From the NCBI GenBank assembly GCA_025450175.1, contig JANWHY010000008.1, positions 56,289-120,288 of the forward strand: a DNA stretch of 64,000 bases, read 5' to 3'. A program made the translations under genes and the position numbers. This stretch comes from Minisyncoccota bacterium. Lineage in GTDB: Bacteria; Patescibacteriota; Minisyncoccia; Phycocordibacterales; Zambryskibacteraceae. The notes under the pieces were generated by a model. The model was not told where the DNA came from and did not search any database. It worked only from the letters and a program-made list of their open reading frames with translations. The stretch's first letter is position 1, and the number at the start of each line of letters is the position of its first letter. Positions 37,724 through 47,749 of the stretch are shown here, in pieces.

Positions 37724-38236
37724 GTTTCTTGTGAAAACTTAATATATTAGGTTTCATATGAAACTTAATAAAGTCTTTAATGAGGGACAATTAAACTTTA
37801 AGCCATTGATGGCTCTTATATTATGTCTTTTAGTACACAGTTTCCACACTATTATCCCCAGTTATGCAAATTTATTGCCTAATTCTCATTTTCTACCAAC
37901 ATATTTTTAGATTTGACCAAAGAAAAACCGCCACAACGGTTCCGTGCAGCGGTTCGTCCCGCCATGTCCCATAAAGGACTTGCGGAACTTAAAAGAGCTA
38001 GAGATACCGGGCGCTGATCCACAAGATCATTAATTAAGAAAGTGAGGACCTGTGATCTAACCCAAAACCTCTTCGAACTAAATATCAGAATGTGCCATGT
38101 GCAACCTATCAAAGTCAGAGGACTTCTAAGGTGCACGTCTAGAAGTATTGTATGCCACTAAAGGACAAAATTCTATAAGTTAATATATGAAAGTGGGGAT
38201 AACTTATTTGTCTCTTAAACTAAGCTATTTTATAGC
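37724..38236. other. ~500 bp non-coding gap with internal pairing potential; candidate ncRNA locus
   Basis: No convincing ORF; GC-richer core ccgccacaacggttccgtgcagcggttcgtcccgccatgtcc with short inverted segments. Confidence 0.3.
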
Positions 38237-39010
38237 CTATTTTAAGGTTATTTGGACAGGACAATGGTCTGAGCCATATACCTTGTCCATTATTTCTACT
38301 GACTTTATCTTTTTCAACACTTCTTTAGAGGCGAAGAAGTAGTCTATCCTCCATCCTACATTTCTCTCTCGGGCAAATGTTTTCTGATCCCAATATGTAT
38401 AAGCATCTTTTCTGTCTGGGTAAAAGTGGCGGAATACGTCTGCCCAACCGTGTTTAATAAGTTTATCCACCCAGGCTCTCTCTATAGGTAGGAAGCCTAC
38501 ATGGGTTTCATTCTCCTTGGGTCGAGCGAGGTCCACTGGGGTGTGAGCGACGTTAAAGTCCCCGCAAAGGATTATATTCGGGTGTTCCATGTGTAACTTA
38601 TCGGCAAATTCTAAGAAATGATCAAAGAAATCGAGTTTATATCGCAACCTTTCTGCTGGGCCGCCACCATTAGGAAAATATATGTTAATGAGTATAAAGT
38701 CCTTATATTGGGCCATTATTAAGCGCCCTTCTTGGTCCATCTTCTCTATACCTATATCACGTGAAACTTTTATAGGCTTCTCTTTACTATAAATAGCCAC
38801 CCCACTGTAACCCTTCTTCTCGGTAGGGAAGTGGAAATAAGCATGGTAGCCGTTTTTTAGATGCCCAAGCTCATCTGGGAGTTGTTCTGGCAGGCTCTTA
38901 GTTTCTTGGAGGCAGAGGATGTCAGGTTTCATCTGAAACATTTCCTGGATGTTGCCCTTGCGGTGGACAGCCCTTAAGCCATTGACGTTCCAGGAGATGA
39001 TTGTTGTCAT
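38237..39010 (-). CDS. xth: exodeoxyribonuclease III
   Basis: EEP fold motifs: ISWNVNGLR, LQETK, catalytic GSDHCPV at the C-terminus. Confidence 0.9.
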   Translation of the reverse strand: MTTIISWNVNGLRAVHRKGNIQEMFQMKPDILCLQETKSLPEQLPDELGHLKNGYHAYFHFPTEKKGYSGVAIYSKEKPIKVSRDIGIEKMDQEGRLIMAQYKDFILINIYFPNGGGPAERLRYKLDFFDHFLEFADKLHMEHPNIILCGDFNVAHTPVDLARPKENETHVGFLPIERAWVDKLIKHGWADVFRHFYPDRKDAYTYWDQKTFARERNVGWRIDYFFASKEVLKKIKSVEIMDKVYGSDHCPVQITLK

Positions 39011-39095
39011 GTATACATTTTAACCTAGTTTGCTAGGATAGTGGTAGACGTGCGGCTCCTTACTCCCGCATGCTCCGGCATGCAGAAAGGTTCTT

Positions 39096-39737
39096 ATGAA
39101 ATCTCTGTGTGTCATTGTCATGGCTTTGTGCCTGACTGCCTGTGGGGGCACTTCTCCTACAAGTCCATCGGTAGAAGAAGCCGCACCGCCGGCAGTGGTT
39201 CTCAAGGCTTCCTTGTCGACTCTCTCACCAGAGGCAAGCAGCTACTACCGACCTATTGCTGAATTCAATAGGAGGATGATCATCCGAGGAGAATCTCCGC
39301 TCAAGGTCAGTGCTCCTGAGTGGGACCCTACAGTGGTTCGTCTTGCGACGAATTTCTGGGAGGAGGTTACCCAAGGGAAGGCTCAATTCCAGATCGTGGA
39401 TGATCCTCTTCAGGCACATGCGGTGCTTAAGTTCGCGGAGATTGCCGAGGGCTTTTGTGCTATTTATCAGACTAACAATATAAGTCGGACCGGTCTGGTT
39501 ATTCTCACGAATATCTCCTTCCGTAGGCAGCCAGCGTCGTGTAGTGAAGCTAGAGTTATCGCTCACGAACTGGGGCATACCCTTATTGGGTTACTCGGGG
39601 ACACCAAGGGGCACACCCCGACTGTGTATGGCGACGTGATGATGGTTTCGGCCGTAGCACTTGCATCTTCGCCAGTGCTGAGGGAAGTAGCGAATTTCAT
39701 ATGGTCGTACCCTCCTGGTACGCCCATCATCGATTAG
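39096..39737 (+). CDS. putative lipoprotein zinc metallopeptidase (HExxH)
   Basis: Lipobox ALCLTAC-G, HELGHTLIGL zinc-binding motif; GC-richer than neighbours; own terminator. Confidence 0.55.
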   Translation: MKSLCVIVMALCLTACGGTSPTSPSVEEAAPPAVVLKASLSTLSPEASSYYRPIAEFNRRMIIRGESPLKVSAPEWDPTVVRLATNFWEEVTQGKAQFQIVDDPLQAHAVLKFAEIAEGFCAIYQTNNISRTGLVILTNISFRRQPASCSEARVIAHELGHTLIGLLGDTKGHTPTVYGDVMMVSAVALASSPVLREVANFIWSYPPGTPIID

Positions 39738-39751
39738 GCAGTCTTCTAAGT

Positions 39752-39788
39752 GAGGGTGGGGAAGTACTCCCCACCCTCTATTTTTTGT
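39752..39788 (+). terminator. rho-independent terminator
   Basis: GAGGGTGGGGaagtactCCCCACCCTCtattttttg. Confidence 0.75.
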
Positions 39789-39802
39789 TTATGATATAAT
39801 TT

Positions 39803-40231
39803 TTGCAGTTAAGATACTTTATATACATGAATAAAAAAGTAATACTTGCTCTAATTGTTGTCGTAGGTATAGCAGGTGGTCTTATTTACAAATTTGGCCC
39901 GATTAGCTCGATTAATAAATTAACTGGTGAAATCACTGAAGTTGGTGAGAATTTTATAGTAGTGAAAGGCTATTTGAGAAAGGAAGGTCGGGTTGTCCAA
40001 TTTATTATTACACCCAATACAGAATTTAATAAATCTATTTTAGCTGTTAGTTCTGAGAAGCTAGCCGCTCCTGGCCCGGTTGCTCCTGAAAGAAGAATAG
40101 TTAAAGGAGAAAAAACTGATCTTGTTGTGGGCAAGGTTTTGGTAGTGTACAGCCAAGATAATTTACTAACCGTGAGTAAGACTGAGGCTATTAAGATTGA
40201 TTATGTAGGAGGTTATGAATTTTCTAAATAA
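39803..40231 (+). CDS. hypothetical N-terminally anchored protein
   Basis: TM VILALIVVVGIAGGLIY; likely true start ATG 39827 (MNKKV); overlaps next gene start. Confidence 0.5.
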   Translation: MQLRYFIYMNKKVILALIVVVGIAGGLIYKFGPISSINKLTGEITEVGENFIVVKGYLRKEGRVVQFIITPNTEFNKSILAVSSEKLAAPGPVAPERRIVKGEKTDLVVGKVLVVYSQDNLLTVSKTEAIKIDYVGGYEFSK

Positions 40232-42206
40232 TTTTATGAATAAGTTAAGATCAAGATTAATATATTTGCAAAAAAGATTTATATGGGTTGGTTTAGCTAT
40301 TGTGTTGTTAGCTAGTTTCTCTACTCACAACTCTATCCAAGCGGTTGCGGATTGGGATTGCATCACACCTTCTGCTGTTCAACAGTGGACCGGAGGTTTG
40401 CAGAATCCTTCAGTTTCAGCTGAGCAGGAGTGTGATGTTGAAACTGAGACTGGTTTTCATGCCACATCATTCTGGGCGAGCTACACAACTGATTATGAAA
40501 CTAGTGGTGAGTCTGCAATCACCTCTACTATGGCGGCTTGCGCCAGTGATGCCGATGGGGGCAATTCTTTGTGTGATTCTGCTGATACTTTTTCCATGTG
40601 TGGAGAGTGCCCCGGAGATCATTCAGGTTCTGCTACTGATAGTTTTATTGTAGACGCTCCTCCAGGCTCTAATTGGAAGATGGGAACTATTTTCATCTAT
40701 GTCTATGCTTCTCCTGACACTTCTCTTGTCTCAGCAGTAGGACAAATGGCTTTAGATCCTGTGCTTGATGATGGTGGAGCTCCTGTTCAATGTAATGATG
40801 GAGCGGATAATGATGGTGATAGTCTGATCGACTTTCCCAATGACCCAGGATGTGATGATGCAGCTGATAATGATGAAACAAATGGCGGGGGAGGACCTAC
40901 TCCTGAGCCCCCACCCCCACCTCCGTCACCAGTACCTCCAGGAACTCTCTATATATTGCCAAATCCAGTCCATGTCACTGTTGGTGAAGAAGTGTGGCTC
41001 TTCCCTTATGAAGATGACCACATTGGCAATGCTAGTGATTGGTACACGGCAGATGACGGTATCGCTACTCCTGTCTATGAGGTGAGTGATAAGGTTAGAG
41101 TCTTAGGAGTTTCTGTGGGTACCACAGAACTCTATTTTAGAGCCGGTATTCCATCAGAGCCGGCGACGATTATTGTTGAAGATCCTACACCACTAGCATG
41201 CCCCTTTTCGGCGCAATCTGGCAGAATAATAGTTAACTTTCCAGCACCCTACATTTATGATTCTGGCCCTCAAATTGATGCCACATCGGGACCTGTACCC
41301 ACCTCTATCCCCGCTGGTACCTACACTGTTAGTGCCTTCTCTTATGACTTTAGGCACTTACCACCAGGGGATGGTAGTCAGCCCCATGAGCAGTGGCTTG
41401 CTCAGTTATTCGATAGTTCTAGCAACCTCATACAAAGTACATCAGTGACCACCGAGTTGGGAGATGGTGAAATAAGTCATACTAATGCCCCTCTGAATGT
41501 GAACTTCGATGTTCCAGAAAATATTGCAAGTGTTAGTGCCTATATGCCGAGTTGGCCTCAATTTATAACTGCTAGCAGTATCACGCCAGGCTGTGTTGCC
41601 TTCGATTTAGTTTCTACGCAAACATTTGACTACGTCCTCTCTAACGCAGGCAATATATCTGTCACAAAATCTGCAACTGAGAATCGTAGCGTACAAAATA
41701 CTGTCACCAAGATACTTACCAATGGTTCAGCTGAGGCCGTGAGCTTGGATGTCTCGGGAGTGCCAAGCGGCGTATCTTATTCCATCTCTGGTATCAACTG
41801 CTCTCCGACTTGTCAGTCTGTAATTACCTTTACCGTTGCGCCAAGCGCTACCACGGGTACCTACCTCATCACTGTTACCGGGACTCCGCTCGGCCATCAA
41901 ACCTCTTTCAACCTCACCATTAACCCGGGCGCATTCGGCGCTACTTCTTGCAGTGTGGATCCTAATCCAAGCTTTGTAGGCAGAACGGCCTCCTTTACCT
42001 CCTCGGCTCAAGGCACCCCTCCAATAACTTACTTGTGGAGTGGTGATGTCCCCAGTCCAGCGCCTACCACGGCAAACTTCACTCATATCTACACCACGAG
42101 TGGACCGAAGAGTGTCACCGTCACCTTCACCGATGGAGATTCCAATATCGAGAGTTGTGTCCTCAACTTCAATGTAGTTCTCTCTCCCAACTTCCGTGAA
42201 TTTTAA
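40215..42206 (+). CDS. large secreted Cys-rich surface protein with Pro-rich linker and C-terminal Ig/PKD-like repeats (putative adhesin)
   Basis: Signal anchor, many Cys pairs, PTPEPPPPPPSPVPPG, C-terminal beta-sandwich-like repeats (ITYLWSGDV...TVTFTDGDSN); directly upstream of pilB. Confidence 0.6.
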   Translation: MNFLNNFMNKLRSRLIYLQKRFIWVGLAIVLLASFSTHNSIQAVADWDCITPSAVQQWTGGLQNPSVSAEQECDVETETGFHATSFWASYTTDYETSGESAITSTMAACASDADGGNSLCDSADTFSMCGECPGDHSGSATDSFIVDAPPGSNWKMGTIFIYVYASPDTSLVSAVGQMALDPVLDDGGAPVQCNDGADNDGDSLIDFPNDPGCDDAADNDETNGGGGPTPEPPPPPPSPVPPGTLYILPNPVHVTVGEEVWLFPYEDDHIGNASDWYTADDGIATPVYEVSDKVRVLGVSVGTTELYFRAGIPSEPATIIVEDPTPLACPFSAQSGRIIVNFPAPYIYDSGPQIDATSGPVPTSIPAGTYTVSAFSYDFRHLPPGDGSQPHEQWLAQLFDSSSNLIQSTSVTTELGDGEISHTNAPLNVNFDVPENIASVSAYMPSWPQFITASSITPGCVAFDLVSTQTFDYVLSNAGNISVTKSATENRSVQNTVTKILTNGSAEAVSLDVSGVPSGVSYSISGINCSPTCQSVITFTVAPSATTGTYLITVTGTPLGHQTSFNLTINPGAFGATSCSVDPNPSFVGRTASFTSSAQGTPPITYLWSGDVPSPAPTTANFTHIYTTSGPKSVTVTFTDGDSNIESCVLNFNVVLSPNFREF

Positions 42207-42251
42207 TTAACTCGCTCTCTTCATCTCGTGCCATGATAGAATTATTTAATC

Positions 42252-44006
42252 ATGCACATTAACGAGCAAGAATTAGAAAGTTTTATGATCGACTCGGGAC
42301 TTGTTACCGAGAAAGACATTACACTTGCTCGCGCAGAGGCGGAGAAAGAGGGGGCACTCCTCGGCAAGGTCCTAGTGCGTAAAGGCTTTCTCTCCGAAGA
42401 TGACCTGCGTAAGATGCAGGCTTATCTCCTGGGTATCCCATTTGTAGATCTTAAAAATCAGCGTCTAGATTTCTCTGTCTTATCGCTCATTCCAGAACCT
42501 GTGGCCAGGAACCACAACATCATCGCTTTCAAGAAGACCAATGACAGTCTCGAAGTAGCGATGCTTGATACCGAAGATCTGACGGCTATCGACTTCGTCA
42601 AGAAGAAGGTTGGTTTGAAGATCTTGCCTCGCCTCACCGACTCCGACTCTATGAAGTGGGCTCTCATGTCGTATCAGAAAACTCTTAAGGCCGAGTTCGG
42701 TGACCTTATCCAAGAAGAGGCTAAATCTCTTTCAAAGGTGGGTCCAGGAGTGGAGAGGGAAGATGTCTCAGAAGTAGAGTTGAAGAAGCTTGCTGCCGAT
42801 ATCCCAGTCGTGCGCATAGTCGACACACTACTTAAGCACGCCATCATCCAAGATGCCTCAGACATACACATCGAACCAGAAGAAGATAAGGTGCTTGTGC
42901 GTTATCGCATCGACGGCATCTTGCGAGATGCTATGGTCCTGCCTAAGAACACAGGCTCTGGTATTACCGCCCGTATAAAAGTGCTTTCCAACCTAAAGCT
43001 AGATGAGAAGAGGGTCCCGCAAGATGGGCGCTTCAAGATTGAGGCTGGCGAAGAAAGGGTCTCCTTCCGTGTCTCCACTCTACCTGTCTACTATGGAGAG
43101 AAGACGGTGATGCGTGTCCTTAGAGAAGGAGCTTCGGGATTTACTCTCGAGAGTTTGGGATTCCACGGACGAGGGTTAGAGGATCTCCATAGCTCAACCA
43201 AGGTTACGACCGGCATGATCTTGGCTACTGGTCCTACTGGTTCGGGTAAGACGACGACACTCTATACCATGCTCGATATTGTAAACACCCCAGATGTAAA
43301 CATTTCTACTATTGAGGATCCGGTGGAGTATCAGATGAAGCGCGTCAACCAAACCCAAGTAAGACCAGAAGTGGGGCTGACATTCTCCAATGGTCTGCGC
43401 GCTCTTGTGCGCCAAGATCCAGACATCATTATGGTGGGGGAGATCCGCGACAACGAGACGGCCTCCCTCGCTATCAACGCCTCGCTTACTGGGCACCTCG
43501 TCTTCTCTACCCTTCACACCAACTCAGCCGCAGGCGCCATCCCACGCCTACTTGATATGAAGGTGGAGCCCTTCCTCCTTGTCTCGACCTTAAATATTGT
43601 CATCGCTCAGCGCTTGGTCAGGAGGCTTGCTGCATCGAAGACCAAATACTTTTTAAACAAAGAAGAGCTCGACACACTTTCCAAATCTGTTTCTCTCGAT
43701 CGCATTCTCACGATATTGAAGGAGGAGAAAATTGTAGATAAGAAAGCTAAGTTCGAAGAAGTGCCATTCTGGAAGCCGATCCCGTCTAAAGATAGCGAGG
43801 ATGGTTACTCGAGCCGCATCGGTATCCACGAAGTTCTACCTGTCACCAACACTATTAAAGAGTTGATTATGAAAGGTGCTACTGCTAATGAGATTGAGGA
43901 GCAAGCCAAGACTGAAGGTATGATGACCATGCTTGAGGATGGCATCTTCAAAGCTGTCCAAGGTGTAACTACTATCGAAGAAGTGCTGCGGGTAATCTCA
44001 GAATAA
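42252..44006 (+). CDS. pilB: type IV pilus assembly ATPase PilB/GspE family
   Basis: N-terminal GSPII_E_N-like domain, Walker A ILATGPTGSGKTTT, Asp/His boxes, ~580 aa. Confidence 0.9.
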   Translation: MHINEQELESFMIDSGLVTEKDITLARAEAEKEGALLGKVLVRKGFLSEDDLRKMQAYLLGIPFVDLKNQRLDFSVLSLIPEPVARNHNIIAFKKTNDSLEVAMLDTEDLTAIDFVKKKVGLKILPRLTDSDSMKWALMSYQKTLKAEFGDLIQEEAKSLSKVGPGVEREDVSEVELKKLAADIPVVRIVDTLLKHAIIQDASDIHIEPEEDKVLVRYRIDGILRDAMVLPKNTGSGITARIKVLSNLKLDEKRVPQDGRFKIEAGEERVSFRVSTLPVYYGEKTVMRVLREGASGFTLESLGFHGRGLEDLHSSTKVTTGMILATGPTGSGKTTTLYTMLDIVNTPDVNISTIEDPVEYQMKRVNQTQVRPEVGLTFSNGLRALVRQDPDIIMVGEIRDNETASLAINASLTGHLVFSTLHTNSAAGAIPRLLDMKVEPFLLVSTLNIVIAQRLVRRLAASKTKYFLNKEELDTLSKSVSLDRILTILKEEKIVDKKAKFEEVPFWKPIPSKDSEDGYSSRIGIHEVLPVTNTIKELIMKGATANEIEEQAKTEGMMTMLEDGIFKAVQGVTTIEEVLRVISE

Positions 44007-44007
44007 T

Positions 44008-45219
44008 ATGGCCTTTTATAAGTACGAAGCTAAAGATAAAGAAGGGAAGATTTATGAGAAAACTGCCGAGGCTCATAGCCGTTACGATATCTACGCTCTC
44101 ATTCGCGAGGAAGGTGGCACTCCTGTCTCTATCCATGAAGTAAGGAAGATCAACCTCTTCGCCTCTTTTGAAAACCTTTTCGGCAATGTCAAAGCCGATC
44201 AGAAAATCAATTTTGCAAAAAATCTAGGGTTAATGATGGACGCCGGGCTCTCGGTCACTCGCGCACTCTCTGTCATGAGTCGCCAGTCCAAGCGTAAGGC
44301 TTTCAAAGTTCTTCTTACTGATATAGAGAACGACGTGAGTAAGGGCGAGACTCTCTCGGCCGCACTAGGTAAGAGGCCCAAGGTCTTCTCAGCCCTCTTT
44401 GTTTCTATGGTTAAGGCGGGGGAGGAGTCGGGGAATCTCTCGGGATCTCTCAACATTGTGGCAAGCCAGATGGAGAAGACTCACCTCTTGGTCAAGAAGG
44501 TGCGGGGGGCTCTCATCTATCCTGGCATCATCATTACGGTGATGCTCATCATAGGTGGACTCCTTCTTATATTTATGGTGCCGGTGATGACAGAGACCTT
44601 TGAGGGCATAGGGGCCCAGTTGCCACTCTCTACTCGTATACTCATTGGCTTAAGTGACTTTCTCATTGCCAATACCATCCTCGTGTTAGGAGGGTTAATG
44701 TTACTAGTACTTGGGGGGATTGCCTTCTTCAAAAGTGCGATGGGTCACCGCGTGGTGGACATAATAGTGCTACGTATCCCAGTGATTGGAGAAATTATCA
44801 AGGAGTTCGAGTCTGCGCGCACTACTCGCACTCTCTCCTCACTTCTTTCTGCCGGAGTAGAAATTATTGCCGCCATGGATACCACTCTCGAAGTAATCCA
44901 GAACCATTTGTATAAAAAAGTTTTGAAAAAAGCCCGGTCTGCCGTAGAGAAGGGCGAGCCTATCTCAACCGTCTTTGCTGAGAATAGTCGTATCTATCCA
45001 CTTTTTGTGGGAGAGATGATGGCCGTGGGAGAGGAGACGGGCAAGATCTCCGAAATGCTTATGAATGTAGCCACTTACTATGAGGGGGAAGTGGATCAGA
45101 AGACCAAGGACCTTTCCACTATCATCGAGCCTATCCTCATGATTATCATTGGTATAGGTGTAGGCTTCTTCGCCATATCCATGCTTGCTCCAACTTATTC
45201 ATTGGTCGACTACATCTAA
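44008..45219 (+). CDS. pilC: type IV pilus platform protein PilC/GspF family
   Basis: Two GspF repeats, polytopic, ~400 aa, coupled to pilB. Confidence 0.88.
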   Translation: MAFYKYEAKDKEGKIYEKTAEAHSRYDIYALIREEGGTPVSIHEVRKINLFASFENLFGNVKADQKINFAKNLGLMMDAGLSVTRALSVMSRQSKRKAFKVLLTDIENDVSKGETLSAALGKRPKVFSALFVSMVKAGEESGNLSGSLNIVASQMEKTHLLVKKVRGALIYPGIIITVMLIIGGLLLIFMVPVMTETFEGIGAQLPLSTRILIGLSDFLIANTILVLGGLMLLVLGGIAFFKSAMGHRVVDIIVLRIPVIGEIIKEFESARTTRTLSSLLSAGVEIIAAMDTTLEVIQNHLYKKVLKKARSAVEKGEPISTVFAENSRIYPLFVGEMMAVGEETGKISEMLMNVATYYEGEVDQKTKDLSTIIEPILMIIIGIGVGFFAISMLAPTYSLVDYI

Positions 45220-45668
45220 TGCATAAGTTTAAAAAATATAATCAAGGATTCACCTTCGTCGAAGTGGTGATCGCTATTGCTATCCTGATCCTCTTCACCG
45301 TTGGTGTGTATCGTGGATATCGAGCAGTCTATGATGCTCTCGCCGCCGCTCACCATAAGGCTCTAGCTGTCGACCTGGTAAACGAGCGCTTCGAGATTAT
45401 TAAGAACCTTCCATACGCAAGTGTTGGCACAGTAGGCGGAGTGCCGGTAGGGGTCATCACTCCGGTGCAAAACACTACTCGGGACAATGTCGCCTTCCGC
45501 ATCACCACTGCAATAGTAAATGTCGATGATCCTTTCGATGGTGTGGCTCCGGCTGATGCCTTCCCTCGGGATTACAAACTCGTAGAACTCAAGGTGGAGT
45601 GTGTCACTTGCCGTATGAGTCCAGTGACTATTACTGGTAGAGTGGCTCCCACGAATCTTGAAAGTTAA
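45219..45668 (+). CDS. type IV prepilin (class III signal peptide)
   Basis: MHKFKKYNQGFTFVEVVIAIAILILF: G/F cleavage motif with Glu+5 and hydrophobic helix. Confidence 0.8.
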   Translation: MHKFKKYNQGFTFVEVVIAIAILILFTVGVYRGYRAVYDALAAAHHKALAVDLVNERFEIIKNLPYASVGTVGGVPVGVITPVQNTTRDNVAFRITTAIVNVDDPFDGVAPADAFPRDYKLVELKVECVTCRMSPVTITGRVAPTNLES

Positions 45669-46272
45669 TATGACAAACTTCCGAACAAAAGGTTTCACCC
45701 TCATAGAATTCCTTCTTTCGGTATCTATTGCTATTGTGGTTGGCTTCGTCGTCTCCACTTTTATGAAAGATATTATCGGCTTGGGGTCGAAGGCTCAGTC
45801 CAACATGACAGCGGTACTCGAGAGTAGGAAGATTTTGTCTGTTATTGTCTCGGAGTTACGCTCCACCATTCCCTCAGCTCTAGGTTCTTATGCTATTGAG
45901 ACTGCCGCCACAAGTTCTGTAACCTTCTTTGCAGATGTAAACTCCGATGACATCGCCGATCGCGTAAGATATTTCCTCGATCCCCCTACTAAAAGTATTA
46001 AGAGAGGAGTGATACTTGCATCTGGTACTCCCCCGGCCTATACCTTGCCAGAAACTTTCTCCACTCTTATCTCAGGAGTATCGAACAGTACCTCTACCCC
46101 AATATTTAATTATTACGATGCCGCTTACGACGGCACGACGAACCCTCTTACATTCCCAATCAATATTACTTCGGTGCGCCTGATTAAGGTGACCGTGTGG
46201 GTCAACGACCCGAAGGGGACAGATCCTGTCATCATGACCTCACAAGCCATGTTAAGAAATCTCAAAGACTAG
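45658..46272 (+). CDS. type IV prepilin-like protein (second pilin)
   Basis: ...TKGFTLIEFLLSVSIAIVVGF class III signal. Confidence 0.8.
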   Translation: MKVNMTNFRTKGFTLIEFLLSVSIAIVVGFVVSTFMKDIIGLGSKAQSNMTAVLESRKILSVIVSELRSTIPSALGSYAIETAATSSVTFFADVNSDDIADRVRYFLDPPTKSIKRGVILASGTPPAYTLPETFSTLISGVSNSTSTPIFNYYDAAYDGTTNPLTFPINITSVRLIKVTVWVNDPKGTDPVIMTSQAMLRNLKD

Positions 46273-46275
46273 AAT

Positions 46276-47727
46276 ATGAAGAATTACACTAAAGGATATT
46301 TATTGATTCAGGTTCTTGTCTTCGGTGCTATCGCTATTGTGGTGATCACTGGGTTGATTGCTTACGCTGGTGCCAATATTAAGCTAGGCCGACGCGTGGT
46401 CTTGTCCGAACAAGCTTTCCAGATGGCTGAGGCAGGACTTGAGTATTATCGCTGGCACTTAGCTCACAATCCCACAGACTACACAGATGGGACCGGCCAA
46501 CCAGGGCCCTATGTAAAACAGTTTAGAGATAAAAATGGCGTACTTCTTGGCACCTTTACTCTTACCATAACCCAACCAGTAATAGGCTCAAGCTTAGTAC
46601 TAATACAGTCTAAGGGCGTCCCTGCAGCTGACCCAACGGTCAAGAGAACTCTCGTTACGAAGTTGGCTATTCCTTCCTTTGCTAACTATGCCTTCGTCAC
46701 TGAGGCGGCCATGCGCTTCGGCTCTGGTACAGAAGTCTTTGGGCCGATACACTCGAATAGCGGTATACGCTTCGACGGTCTAGCACACAATCTTGTCACT
46801 AGCTCTCTCTTCGCTTATGACGATCCAGATCACTCAGGCAACAACGAGTTTGGCGTCCATACTCACGTCAATGCTCCTCCCGGTAGTGGCACTACGGACA
46901 GCTTCCGTTCTCTAGAAGCTCCGTCCAATCCGGTACAGATCAGGCAAGACGTCTTCATGGCTGGGCGCTCCTTCCCTGCACCGACTGTAAACTTCGCCGA
47001 TATCCAGACAGATCTCAATCAGATGAAGATTGATGCTCAAGCTAGTGGTCGTTACTTCGCCGCCTCTGGAGCTCAGGGTTATAGAGTTGTTTTGAAAACA
47101 AATGACACCTTCGATCTCTATCGTGTTAACACTTTGCAAAGTGTGCCAGGAGGTTGCGACGCTTCCTCTGGTCAGTCTGGGTGGGGGTCTTGGAGTACTA
47201 ATGGAGTAACTCTGCTTGGTAACTATCCCTTCCCAGTTAATGGTCTTGTCTTCCTTGCTGACCACACGTGGGTGGAAGGTACTATCAATACAGCAAGGCT
47301 CACCATCGTAGCAGCTCGTCTGCCAGACGATAATACGAGCTTACGCAAATCTATTACTGTAAATGCTGATGTTCGCTACACCAACTACGACGGTACTGAT
47401 GCTCTCGCGCTCATCGCCCAAAACAATATTAATGTCGGCATGAACAGCGCTAATACTCTTAGGATCGATGCCGCCGTGATCGCTCAGTATGGTCGAGTCG
47501 GTAGGTATTACTACGAAGATGATTGTAGTCCTTATGACACACGCAACACTATTACCTTGTACGGGACACTTATCACCGACCAGCGTTACGGCTTCGCCTA
47601 TACCGATGGCAGCGGCTACCAGACTCGTAACCTCATCTATGACTCCTTCCTGCTCTATAGCCCCCCACCATACTTTCCTAAGACAGGGGACTACCACGAA
47701 GTTATTTACTGGAAGGAGATAGACTAG
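46276..47727 (+). CDS. large pilin-like / minor pilin (PilX/PilY-like?) protein
   Basis: Degenerate prepilin N-terminus KGYLLIQVLVFGAIAIVVI (Gln at +5 instead of Glu) followed by a ~450 aa domain. Confidence 0.5.
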   Translation: MKNYTKGYLLIQVLVFGAIAIVVITGLIAYAGANIKLGRRVVLSEQAFQMAEAGLEYYRWHLAHNPTDYTDGTGQPGPYVKQFRDKNGVLLGTFTLTITQPVIGSSLVLIQSKGVPAADPTVKRTLVTKLAIPSFANYAFVTEAAMRFGSGTEVFGPIHSNSGIRFDGLAHNLVTSSLFAYDDPDHSGNNEFGVHTHVNAPPGSGTTDSFRSLEAPSNPVQIRQDVFMAGRSFPAPTVNFADIQTDLNQMKIDAQASGRYFAASGAQGYRVVLKTNDTFDLYRVNTLQSVPGGCDASSGQSGWGSWSTNGVTLLGNYPFPVNGLVFLADHTWVEGTINTARLTIVAARLPDDNTSLRKSITVNADVRYTNYDGTDALALIAQNNINVGMNSANTLRIDAAVIAQYGRVGRYYYEDDCSPYDTRNTITLYGTLITDQRYGFAYTDGSGYQTRNLIYDSFLLYSPPPYFPKTGDYHEVIYWKEID

Positions 47728-47749
47728 GCCCGTCTGATATAATAGGTCA

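Noticed and set aside
37879-38136. 85-aa minus-strand ORF in the yraN-xth gap
   Set aside because: No RBS, Cys/Trp-rich nonsense-like translation; the region is treated as non-coding or ncRNA candidate instead.
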